Below are positions 9,924 through 19,300 of a DNA stretch of 64,000 bases, piece after piece. The position numbers and the translations under genes are program-made. The DNA is taken from assembly GCA_965140585.1 (NCBI GenBank), contig OZ223264.1, positions 1 to 64,000 of the forward strand, read 5' to 3'. The notes below the pieces were generated by a model that saw only the letters and a program-made list of their open reading frames with translations, did not search any database and had not been told where the DNA came from. The DNA is from Spirochaetia bacterium (GTDB lineage Bacteria; Spirochaetota; Spirochaetia; UBA9216). Numbering within the stretch: position 1 is the stretch's first letter; every line of letters begins with the position of its first letter.

Positions 9924-10856
9924 ATGAAAATTGACAGGCTTGTCAGCATAATAATGATACTCCTTGATAAAAAGCGTATTGGCGCAAAGGAGCTAGCTGA
10001 TATTTTTGAAGTATCACCCCGGACAATCTACCGCGATATAGATACCATCAATATTGCGGGGATTCCTGTCTGCGCAATACCCGGAGTGGGCGGTGGTTTT
10101 GAAATTATGCAGAATTACAAAATTGAAAAAAATGTTTTCTCTACAGCAGATCTTTCTGCAATTTTAATGGGGCTTTCCAGTATTTCCAACATGATACGGG
10201 GTGATGAACTGATAAACGCCCTTGCAAAAGTGAAGAGTTTTATCCCTGCAGACAGGGCGAAAGACATTGAATTAAAAGCAAATCAAATATATATAGATTT
10301 AAGCCCCTGGATGGGCAACAAAAACATACAATTGTATTTGGACCTGATCAAAAGATCCTTACAGGATAGTAAGCTATTGTCGTTTGAGTATTCAGCTCAC
10401 CATGCAAATCAAACTTTACGAATTGTAGAGCCGTATCAGCTTGTATTGAAAAATAATCACTGGTATTTGCACAGCTACTGCCATACCAGAACTGATTATC
10501 GATTATTCAAACTATCCCGTATATCGAATCTTAAAATAGATGATGAATCTTTTATACCACTAGACTATCAGAAACCGATTTTAGAATTTTCGGAAATTTT
10601 AGAAACAATTCAAAGGAAGATCAAACTCCGTATTCATAAAGATGTGCTGGATAGGGTTCGTGATTTTTGTTCTTATGAAGACTTTTCACCGGAAGATAAC
10701 GGGTATTATATTGTCAAATTTCCTTTCATCGAAAATGATTACTACTACAATATGCTTTTTAGTTTTGGAGATAAATGCGAATGTTTAGAGCCGTTACATA
10801 TCCGTAAAGAAATCAAGCGAAGAATACATGATATGGCTGCCATATATGAAAAATAG
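9924..10856 (+). CDS. YafY-family HTH-WYL transcriptional regulator
   Basis: MKIDRLVSII..ELADIFEVSPRTIYRDI (HTH_11); EPYQLV..HWYL...RLFKLSRI (WYL). Confidence 0.93.
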   Translation: MKIDRLVSIIMILLDKKRIGAKELADIFEVSPRTIYRDIDTINIAGIPVCAIPGVGGGFEIMQNYKIEKNVFSTADLSAILMGLSSISNMIRGDELINALAKVKSFIPADRAKDIELKANQIYIDLSPWMGNKNIQLYLDLIKRSLQDSKLLSFEYSAHHANQTLRIVEPYQLVLKNNHWYLHSYCHTRTDYRLFKLSRISNLKIDDESFIPLDYQKPILEFSEILETIQRKIKLRIHKDVLDRVRDFCSYEDFSPEDNGYYIVKFPFIENDYYYNMLFSFGDKCECLEPLHIRKEIKRRIHDMAAIYEK

Positions 10857-10920
10857 ATATCTGTAACAGATACATGCAATTTTATAAAGTTATAATTAGC
10901 GTCATCAGGAGGATGAATTT

Positions 10921-11937
10921 TTAAGGTTTATCCTCTGTACCGTCCGCGTACCGTGCAAAACGAATTGCATCAAGCGAATGAACCGGCTCGCTGCTGTCCC
11001 AAGGCCAGCCTCCGAACTGTGTCCGCTGATAGTCTAAAATTGCCTGGTTGATTTCACTGCTTGTATTCATTACAAAGGGACCGTATTGAACTACCGGCTC
11101 GTTAATAGGGTTTCCCTGAAGCATTAGAATCCGGCTTACATCACTGCCAGTATTCTCAAGATGAATTACTGTATCCGATGCTGCATCAAACCCGTGGTTT
11201 TCGGGAATTTCTTTTCCTTCGGCCGTTAGTCCGCTTCCTTCATAATAATACAGCGTTCTTTCGCTTTCTGCAGGGGCTTCAGGAAGGTTCCATTCTGCTC
11301 CCGGTTCGAGGTTTATTATCCAGATCGCTACATTGTTCTCCGGTTTGTTTGCCCATGAATCCGGTGCAGGTGCGGGTGCCGATTCTCCGTGCAGGTTCCC
11401 GGCAATAATCCGAATTGAAATATTTTTTCCGTTCTCATCGGTCTTATGAAGCACCGGAATCTTTTCAGCCCATAGCATTGTGTAATGCGGATCAACAAAT
11501 TTATATTTTGCCGGCAGGTTGAGCCATACCTGAAAAAGATGCAGGGTATTCGGTTTGTCTCTGTGGACACAGGGGAACATTTCAGAATGCTGCAGTCCGC
11601 TTCCGGCGGTCATCCATTGGACATCCCCTTCGCCGTAGCGCCCTCCGGATCCGTGTGAGTCCGAATGATCTACATAGCCTTCAAGCACTATCGTTACAGT
11701 TTCAAATCCTCGGTGAGGGTGCTCGGGAAAGCCTGGAACTTTTTCTCCGTGGTACATTCTCCACCCGTCTTTAAGCGTGAAGTCCTGTCCTATCATTCTT
11801 CCGGAGAGAGAGGCGTCCGGGCCCTGCAGATCGTTACCATTCGGATAATGATCATAATGATGAGCACAGAACAGAAAAGGATCCCTGGTTTCCCAATGGA
11901 ACCCAAGCGAACGAATATTACTTATTGTATCTTTCAT
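10921..11937 (-). CDS. Pirin family protein
   Basis: GFPEHPHRGFETVT, HSDS, GDVQWMTAGSGLQHSE and QYGPFVMN motifs. Confidence 0.93.
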   Translation of the reverse strand: MKDTISNIRSLGFHWETRDPFLFCAHHYDHYPNGNDLQGPDASLSGRMIGQDFTLKDGWRMYHGEKVPGFPEHPHRGFETVTIVLEGYVDHSDSHGSGGRYGEGDVQWMTAGSGLQHSEMFPCVHRDKPNTLHLFQVWLNLPAKYKFVDPHYTMLWAEKIPVLHKTDENGKNISIRIIAGNLHGESAPAPAPDSWANKPENNVAIWIINLEPGAEWNLPEAPAESERTLYYYEGSGLTAEGKEIPENHGFDAASDTVIHLENTGSDVSRILMLQGNPINEPVVQYGPFVMNTSSEINQAILDYQRTQFGGWPWDSSEPVHSLDAIRFARYADGTEDKP

Positions 11938-12006
11938 AATCACAATATTAATGTTTCTGTTTTATTTAATCAAGAAAATGGTATAAAATCAGTTACGGAA
12001 AATCCA

Positions 12007-12483
12007 ATGGAAAAAGCTGATTTAATAATAACGAATGCAAAAATATTTACTTCAAACAGTAAGTAGAAATGGGCCGACAGTCTTGCAATTAAAGGGGAGA
12101 GCTTTATAGCTGTAGGCAGCATCCTGTTCATGGAGTTCCGTATTTCTTTGGTGAACGTTACTACCCTGAAATGTCTGACGGAGACGAACCGTCCAGATAA
12201 CTTCTTGATAATTATATTTCGGACAGACCCGCCAGGCTGCAGGATTTTATAGATCTCGCCTGCTGGTTTAACAGTATGGCTCTTGAGTATCTGGGTATCA
12301 AAAAAGAAACTCCTAACCCTATCGGGCTTTTCGGTGAAGCTGCAATAGACTATCCGGACTTGGAACGATGGAATACCATGTATGATTTTGACAGATGATT
12401 GAAGACGGTCCTGTTACTCCGAATCCTGTTTATAAAGACGACTGTCACAAGGACTTCAGACATAAAGATAAAAGAAGACATAG
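12007..12483 (+). pseudogene. Collapsed YtcJ-like amidohydrolase pseudogene
   Basis: MEKADLIITNAKIFT..., in-frame TAG at 12064, ..ADSLAIKG..IAVGS, then an out-of-frame internal block LDNYISDRPARL...WFNSMALEYLGIKKETPNP; far shorter than a full-length family member. Confidence 0.75.
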
Positions 12484-12501
12484 ATAATTCTTTAGATTAT
12501 T

Positions 12502-12530
12502 AGAGCTGTCCTGACCGGGCAGCTCTTTTT
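12502..12530 (+). terminator. Intrinsic terminator
   Basis: agagctgtcc-loop-gggcagctct followed by a T run. Confidence 0.7.
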
Positions 12531-12745
12531 CAGAAAACTATAAAATCGCCTTTCCGGTTGAGTTCTTCTGCATATCTTTTATTACCTGTATCGGTGAGAA
12601 TATAATATGTTTCGATTCCGTTAACAACTTCTTTATACAGATCATAATATTGACAAATTTTAACATCATCACCCGCTTCAATTTCTGATGGAGTCCAGTG
12701 AGTAGCTTCATATGCTGAATAAACAATTTCATAGCTTGTAGACAT
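12530..12745 (-). CDS. Small hypothetical protein (71 aa), probably leaderless
   Basis: Acidic/aromatic ORF preceded by TTGACA-N17-TATTAT-N6-ATG with no RBS. Confidence 0.6.
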   Translation of the reverse strand: MSTSYEIVYSAYEATHWTPSEIEAGDDVKICQYYDLYKEVVNGIETYYILTDTGNKRYAEELNRKGDFIVF

Positions 12746-12865
12746 GAGTTAATAATAGACAGCAGTTAAAACCCTGTCAATTATACTTTTCAATTGTTTA
12801 TCAGTCTTGCCTGAAAGAGCTAATCATTATAACCTGATAGTTACCTGGAAATCTGGAGTACGGAC

Positions 12866-14089
12866 ATGAAAACTATTAATCTGACAATTCCTGATGAAGT
12901 AGCTGAAAAATATGGATTTAATCAGGACGGGCAGTACGATATAAAAGAATATGCTGACGGAATTTTTATCAGACAGTCAGCTGATATTCTTAAACGTATT
13001 TATCTTGAGGTAACTAATCAGTGCAATCTGAAATGCAAGACCTGCGTTAGAAATGTCTGGGAAGAAGAAACCGGCTTGATGTCTTACTCGAATTTTCAGA
13101 AAATAATTGAAGATACAGGCAGGATGCTTGAAGGGAATGAGCAGCCTTTTACTTTCATTTTCGGGGGATGGGGTGAGCCGCTTACTCATCCTGAAATATT
13201 CAGAATGATCCGCGAAATTAAAAAAAACGGATGGCGTGCAGAACTGATTACAAACGGAACACTGCTTAACGTTGAAACTTCCGAAAAACTGATTGATGCC
13301 GGACTGGATATTATCTGGGTTTCGCTGGATGGAGCAAAACCTGAAAGTTATAAGGATGTAAGGCTTGGTAATATGCTTCCTGTTATTCTTGATAATCTGA
13401 GCAGTCTAAGAAATGCCAAGGTTCTGCGTTTTTCAGAAAATCCTAATCTGGGCATAGCCTTTGTTGCAATGAAGAGTAATATAAATGACCTGCCGGGTAT
13501 TATTGATATTTGCCGCAGAATGAATGCTGTAAAACTTTCAGTAAGCAATGTACTTCCCTTTACAGAAGAACTGGCGGAAGAACGGCTGTATAAAATGTCT
13601 TCAGGTAACTGGTGGGGACGGGGAGACATTGAAATATCTTTTCCAAGAATTGATGTCTCAGATGAGGTTTCTGAAATTATTAAAACAACAGCAGGTGCCG
13701 GAGGTTGGTATTCAATTGCAGGCAATGAGAGGGATCAGCGGATAGGGGTCTGTCCCTTTATGAAAAAAGCAAGTCTTTCGATCCGCTGGGACGGTAAGGT
13801 AAGTCCATGCACACCGCTGTTTTACAACAGTGAATCATACCTTGATAAAACTCTTCGAAAAAGCGATGCCTGTCATTTCGGGGATATTCAATCAGAGACT
13901 CTATCCGGAATATGGATGAAGTCCGAATACCGTGAGTTCAGAAAAAGACTTCAGTTTGAGGAGTTTTCTCCGTGTACTTACTGCAATTCCTGTGAGATGG
14001 CCGAGGACAACGGTGAAGACTGTTTCGGTAACGGTCACCCCTCCTGCGGCGGCTGTCTGTGGCAGCAGGGATTTATCCAGTGCCCGTGA
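12866..14089 (+). CDS. Radical SAM/SPASM protein of the tungsten-cofactor oxidoreductase maturase type, with N-terminal AbrB-like extension
   Basis: CNLKCKTC; GGWGEPL; SPASM region CPF...GKVSPC; C-terminus CTYCNSC...DCFGNGHPSCGGCLWQQGFIQCP is characteristic of the TIGR04317-like family. Confidence 0.82.
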   Translation: MKTINLTIPDEVAEKYGFNQDGQYDIKEYADGIFIRQSADILKRIYLEVTNQCNLKCKTCVRNVWEEETGLMSYSNFQKIIEDTGRMLEGNEQPFTFIFGGWGEPLTHPEIFRMIREIKKNGWRAELITNGTLLNVETSEKLIDAGLDIIWVSLDGAKPESYKDVRLGNMLPVILDNLSSLRNAKVLRFSENPNLGIAFVAMKSNINDLPGIIDICRRMNAVKLSVSNVLPFTEELAEERLYKMSSGNWWGRGDIEISFPRIDVSDEVSEIIKTTAGAGGWYSIAGNERDQRIGVCPFMKKASLSIRWDGKVSPCTPLFYNSESYLDKTLRKSDACHFGDIQSETLSGIWMKSEYREFRKRLQFEEFSPCTYCNSCEMAEDNGEDCFGNGHPSCGGCLWQQGFIQCP

Positions 14090-14100
14090 AGTAGTGCCGG

Positions 14101-14468
14101 TCAGGCTATTGGGAAACTGATAGTAAAGGTCGTCTCTATTTCTATACCCTCAGGTATAAACGTCAGAATAAGATCAGAAATAAAATCCTCAAGATAATTC
14201 TTTATATTAATACTTTTTATTTTTCCTTCACTTTCTTTTCGCCAGTTTTCGCTGAGATGCTGTGTTATTCCTGATATTATTTTCTGTTCCCTGATAGTTT
14301 TGAATAATTCTGCCTCTGCAATTATGTTGTCTTTTCTGGGGCTTGAAACTATCAGGACCTTTTTTGCTGAAAACTGTTTTTCATGCCTTTCTGTCAGTTT
14401 TCCGGACCCCTGTCCGAAAATGATTTCAGGAACTACAAAATTTCTCATGTTAAGTAAATCAGGCATAT
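14101..14468 (-). pseudogene. Chimeric remnant: Fe-ADH(ErcA-like) N-terminus joined to histidine kinase fragments
   Basis: MRNFVVPEIIFGQGS...AKKVLIVS matches a Fe-ADH start; INIKNYLEDFISDL and TTFTISFP match HisKA_2/HATPase pieces. Confidence 0.55.
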
Positions 14469-14530
14469 GCACATCTATTATTCTAATTATTGGAAATGCA
14501 GAAAGATATTTCCAATTTGAGAGTTTAATT

Positions 14531-15346
14531 TTACCTGTACTTGAGTGAGTTATCAAAAAGCCATGGGAATAAGTCAGTATCTGTGTAGCAGGGCCCTGCT
14601 GTGTGTCCCATGCCGGTGTATTCGCTGTATTTAAACATCGGATATATTCCGCGGGTCAGAGTTACAGTAGTCCGTTCGTAATCAGATAGTATATCCGTCT
14701 TTTCTGTTTCAAGTGCCCATTTATTGCAGTCGTAATTCCGCATATATTCCAGCGCTTCATTGGCTACGGCCACCCGTTCCTCAGTATCTTCGAGTCCTAT
14801 ATGGTACCAGACGGCAGTCTGCTCCGCAATTTCTTCAGTTAGATCTGACTGGCTACCTCCAGCGCAACGTATGATTGCTGCGAAATACAGCCCTTCTGTA
14901 TACATTCCCTTTGCAATCGGGTAGCTGCTTGAGCCGCCCCAGGAGAATCCGGTCAGATAGATTCTGTCGGTGTCTATCCTGTACCCGACATCAACCGCGC
15001 TTTTAATCCACAGTGCAAGCGCCTCACCGTCTGACTCCGAAGTCTTCTGGTAGTCAATCACAAAGGCGGGATATTTCTGTGGAAAAAATGGATGGGTTTC
15101 GCTTTCCACCCCGTACTGTGATTCTCCTTCACCCCACTTTCCGGAAACAAGCAGAGGGTAGCTGCGAAGTGAGTTTGAAAATTTATCATAGCCCCACGGG
15201 CTTTTAAAGCTCAGATCTTCATGAACAAGTTCGACAGGAGCATCCTCCTTGTTAAAGTTTTCATCAGGATAATATGGCTGACATGAAAACAGAAATGATG
15301 CTGAAAAACTGATGATTAATAGTGTGACATACGTTTTAAATCTCAT
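14531..15346 (-). CDS. Lipoprotein alpha/beta hydrolase (esterase/peptidase-like)
   Basis: Lipobox-like FLFSC; DRIYLTGFSWGG nucleophile elbow; HIGLED and GMGH candidate Asp/His. Confidence 0.8.
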   Translation of the reverse strand: MRFKTYVTLLIISFSASFLFSCQPYYPDENFNKEDAPVELVHEDLSFKSPWGYDKFSNSLRSYPLLVSGKWGEGESQYGVESETHPFFPQKYPAFVIDYQKTSESDGEALALWIKSAVDVGYRIDTDRIYLTGFSWGGSSSYPIAKGMYTEGLYFAAIIRCAGGSQSDLTEEIAEQTAVWYHIGLEDTEERVAVANEALEYMRNYDCNKWALETEKTDILSDYERTTVTLTRGIYPMFKYSEYTGMGHTAGPCYTDTDLFPWLFDNSLKYR

Positions 15347-16043
15347 TTTTTTTCAACTGTTCTTTTTCTATCATAAGATAGCCGAGTGCAAAAAGAGCCT
15401 GTGCTGTGATGAAGCAGGGATGAACAATATTCTCACCGAAACTTACCGAACTCATATAATGATTTGCCGTATACAGTCCGTTTTCAGCAATATAGAAAAG
15501 GGATCCCAGAAACATTACGAGGCTTCCCCTGCTGTGCGGATTACTCATGAGCTGTCCAAGTGCGGTAATACTTATTAACGCTATCAGGGTCATGTAGATT
15601 GCGATGGGTATTAGCATTGAGCCTAAATCGTCTTTCATTAAAATTATAAAGAAGGTACAGATCCAGATCAGCGGAAGCTGAATAAGCATAAACCATCGGG
15701 AGAGCTTATAGATATTAATTCCCATAATAAAAATGTATCCTAGGAATCCGATGATTGTAAAAGCTGAACCTGCAATGAAAAGAACCTTCGATTCCTCTCC
15801 CCATATCAGGCAGACATTTCCCAGCCACAGGCCTGCTTCAGCCCATACGATCGGGAGTCCCTTTTTTCTGTTCTGTACAGTCAGTAAAAAGAATACAGCC
15901 AGTGACGGCATAAGCAGTACTTTACTATAGTCAAAGTAATTACCGGCCATATTGGTTAGAATAATGTGAATTATTGAGACTGCCGTAAAAAATGAAAAAG
16001 CTATGATTGAGCCTGTTTTTTTATCTTTGTTTAATTTTTCCAT
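15336..16043 (-). CDS. YhhN/lysoplasmalogenase-like membrane protein
   Basis: SKVLLMPSL, LFIAGSAF, PIAIYM and LGSLFYI motifs; about 7-8 TM helices; overlaps the hydrolase gene. Confidence 0.65.
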   Translation of the reverse strand: MEKLNKDKKTGSIIAFSFFTAVSIIHIILTNMAGNYFDYSKVLLMPSLAVFFLLTVQNRKKGLPIVWAEAGLWLGNVCLIWGEESKVLFIAGSAFTIIGFLGYIFIMGINIYKLSRWFMLIQLPLIWICTFFIILMKDDLGSMLIPIAIYMTLIALISITALGQLMSNPHSRGSLVMFLGSLFYIAENGLYTANHYMSSVSFGENIVHPCFITAQALFALGYLMIEKEQLKKNEI

Positions 16044-16196
16044 TTTATAAAATCCGTGATTTGTGATGTCTCCATCTTATGCTTATTAAAGCACAGGGTC
16101 AATATTTTTCTTGACTGGTGAAATTTACTGCCTTATTATGGCTCGCCGGTAAAAAGATCCAACTGCCGGAATATTTTATGACGGAGGAAAAATATT

Positions 16197-16292
16197 ATGA
16201 ACCTTGACGGTCGAAAGTTTAAAAAATTTTACCCTGATAATTATTCACCTGATGAAAAAAAACATTGGATGGGGTTAGGTATTGAGGTATAA
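16197..16292 (+). CDS. Unannotated 31-aa small ORF (MNLDGRKFKKFYPDNYSPDEKKHWMGLGIEV)
   Basis: TTGACT-N17-TATTAT promoter (16111-16139), GGAGG RBS and downstream hairpin. Confidence 0.4.
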   Translation: MNLDGRKFKKFYPDNYSPDEKKHWMGLGIEV

Positions 16293-16329
16293 AAAAAGAG
16301 CTGGCTAAGATTTGTTTTTAGTCAGCCCC
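16291..16329 (-). terminator. Intrinsic terminator of the PPi-PEPCK gene
   Basis: Minus strand gggctgactaaaa-loop-tcttagccagctc followed by T7. Confidence 0.7.
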
Positions 16330-16349
16330 TCATTTCATTGAAAGTTAAT

Positions 16350-19300
16350 CTATTGCCTGTAAAGCGGATCGAGTCCGATTGTTCCTACAAGCCGCTCGAT
16401 GTATTCCGGGCTCCTTACTTCTTTCAGCTTTTCTTTTCCCTGCTGAAGCTTTGTCGGTATGCCCAGTCGCATTGCTTCATCTTTATGGCGTTCTGATTTG
16501 AGGAATTCTTCCATATATGACATTCCGTTTAGAACCTGCTGTTCTCTCTGCGCCCGGAAAGCTTCAAGTCTGGCTTTATACCAGTCACTCTCTATAACAT
16601 ATTCCCTCTCGAACAGATTTCTTACTTCAGGATCTTCAGCAGTCTTTCCTTCCCAGCTTCCTTCGGCCATGATGTACAGTATGGCTTTTAGCGGAGGAAT
16701 AGCAGCATTAACGCTTCCGTCTGCAATATATCCCTTTGCAACTTTCTGCTGGGCTTCAACAATATTATTGATTCCGTCTACGAAATCTTCCATGCTCTGA
16801 AGTTCAGGTTTAAGCATTTCCTCGTTGAATACAACTTCAGGGTTGTCAAAAATTCGTCCCATGTAGGTGGAAAGAAATTCCCTGTTAAAACGGTATCCGA
16901 GCCTGCTTGCCAGAACCTTTTTTCCCTTGTACTCAAAGTCATCAATCTTGTCCAGAAGTCCTTCCGCTATCAGGTTTTTCGGATCTCTTTCTTCTTCAGA
17001 CATTCTGCTCCAGAGTTCAGGAACCAGAAGGCTGATATCATGATCAACCTTGTAGTCAGGTCCGATGTACCCGGCTGCGGATGTATAGCCGTTATAGCCG
17101 GTCAGAATGAAAGAAAGAAGTGCGTTGTTCAAATCACTTGTAGCGGACAGGGCGTTAAACGGTGCTTTTGTAAGTGCCCCTTCAGATCCTGCTCCCGTAG
17201 TTGATGGAGATTTTCCTGTGAGGCTGCAGACGAAGTCCATGAAAAGCTCCGGAAGCTGCTGATAATGAATTGGGGCATATACAGCGAGCGGACGAATGCC
17301 TGCTTCGTGGTCTGCGGGATTGTTTCTTCGTCCGGCAAGTACTGCATTTACCGGCGCAGCAAGCGGAGATCCCGCAGGAAGCTTACGGAAAAGTCTCATT
17401 CCTATCTCACCAAGATATTTTGTGATTCCATCCTCCAGATCCGGCCTGAGTTGCAGGTATCTGGGGTTCTTTGAAGGTGCGCCGTCAACTATTCTGGGAT
17501 GTGAGGATGCGATAAAATATTCATCATCGCCTCCGTTCTCTTTAAACTCTTTTATTACATTCTGCATCGGTTCAGTGTAGGCGTAAAAACCCGCTGTTTT
17601 CTCATAGATATCGATAGCATTCTGCTTCTGAAGCGGTTCAAAGTTACTGATAAAGTTTCCTCTTGAGCCGAGGTCTTTTTCCGCCTGTTTATCCAGGCCT
17701 CTGTGAACAGCGTCATCAGGTCTCTGGAAGAATCTGTTTTCACAGTTTTCTACAATTTTTACACTGGGATGGGTGTTTGCTTCTGAAAGTCCCTTAACCT
17801 GGGTCTTTGATAAGGTTATTGAGGCAGAAATATCATCTTCAAGCTGAACTTTTTCAGCAGGCATATAATCCTGTCTCAGCTTGTTTGTAACCCAGCTGCC
17901 TGTTTTTGTTGTTCCAAGCTTGAGGTAGCTTCCGACAAGTTCTCTGTTGTGAAATTTAAGTATATGACCGGGTTCATTATTGATAATATCAACTGAAAAT
18001 TTATCCTTCCAATTATCTCCCCACTCTGGTTCATAAAACCGCTTAACCAGGAAGACAAGCATTTTAACCTTCAGCGGGATTTTTTCAAGCCATTCGTTAA
18101 ACTCGTCGGTGTTGTTTGTTGACGGGGAAAGCAGTTTAATAACTGAACCCAGTGAACGCTCATCACTTAAAAGCGGCCGGGTGGTATGTCCCGGTTTCAG
18201 GGTCTTCCGGTATTCAGGCTTGAACCGTTTTCCATAATTGTAGGAAATAATTTCTTCGGCTCTGGCCATATCCTCTTCAAAATCACCTATGAATACCGAG
18301 CTGAATCTCATAGCATCACGAATGGATTTTGATATCTCGGATTTTCCTCCGCCTGAAACGGTGCTTGGTTTATGACAGAATGTTCCTTCGGCAACTGTTC
18401 CGACAAGCATCCATGCCGGTGATGCCAAATGTTTTCTCATCTGGATCTTGTATCCTGAAGGATGAAGGTAGTAATTTTCAGGAAGAACCTTTATTGTTAC
18501 TTTTTCCCCGTCTTTTTCCCATACAGCCTGCTGTGTTTCAAGATCTATGGCAGCGGTTTCGGGGATGTAGATTATGTTTTTGAAATTTTTATCATAACCG
18601 AAACCCTTGCGGTGTATGATTAAATCATCGCCCAGTACATGTTCAAAGTTTGCGAACGTATGTCCTTTTTTCTGATGAAGAAAAGACATGTTACTGTCCG
18701 GTATAAACCTTGTACCAAGATTGAAACTGGGAAATGCAAGTGCACCTCCGGCGTGCTCTTCCTCCACCACTCCAAAGAGATTTGCAGAATAACCTATCTG
18801 GGTTTTGACTTCCTTTTTACAGTATCCGAAGTAGTTGTCGGCTATAAGAGTGACAATAACACCGCTTTCATCTCTTGCTGTAAGTTTGAACGGACTTCCG
18901 TCATTATAGAGTTCATTTTTTGAAGTCCAGAACATACCGTCTTTTTTCTGGCGTTCTGTCGCATATTTTTCATTCGGCAGACCCATTTCGGCCTTTGTGA
19001 CATTTGTCAGATGCGGTGCAAGGATTATACATCCTGTATGGCCTGTCCAGTGTTCGGGATCAAGGGCTGCATCATGCTCGGGAAGATAGGGATCTCCGGC
19101 ATTACCGAAAATGGATTCAACAAAGTCCAGGTTACAGACCATATTGCCAGGAGCAAAGAATCTTATCTCAATTGATCTTCTTTCTGAAAAACCGGGAACC
19201 TCAGGGACAACTACAGGTCTGAGGAGAAGGGATGCAATTACATCGGCCTTATCTTCCTGTGAATCCGTAAACGGAAGTTTTGTAAGAATTGAAGGAGGAT

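Noticed and set aside
9924-10856. WYL protein as marker of an anti-phage defence island
   Set aside because: Typical YafY-type regulator with metabolic neighbours; no defence genes nearby
11665-12066. 133-aa ORF in the track
   Set aside because: Mostly antisense to pirin; only the last 19 codons belong to the amidohydrolase pseudogene
12064-12066. In-frame TAG as possible pyrrolysine or recoding site
   Set aside because: The gene also has frameshifts and large deletions, and other genes here use TAG as a normal stop
12530-14089. RiPP system (small ORF as precursor for the rSAM/SPASM enzyme)
   Set aside because: The genes are divergent, there is no RRE, transporter or peptidase, and the rSAM C-terminus matches the tungsten-oxidoreductase maturase type
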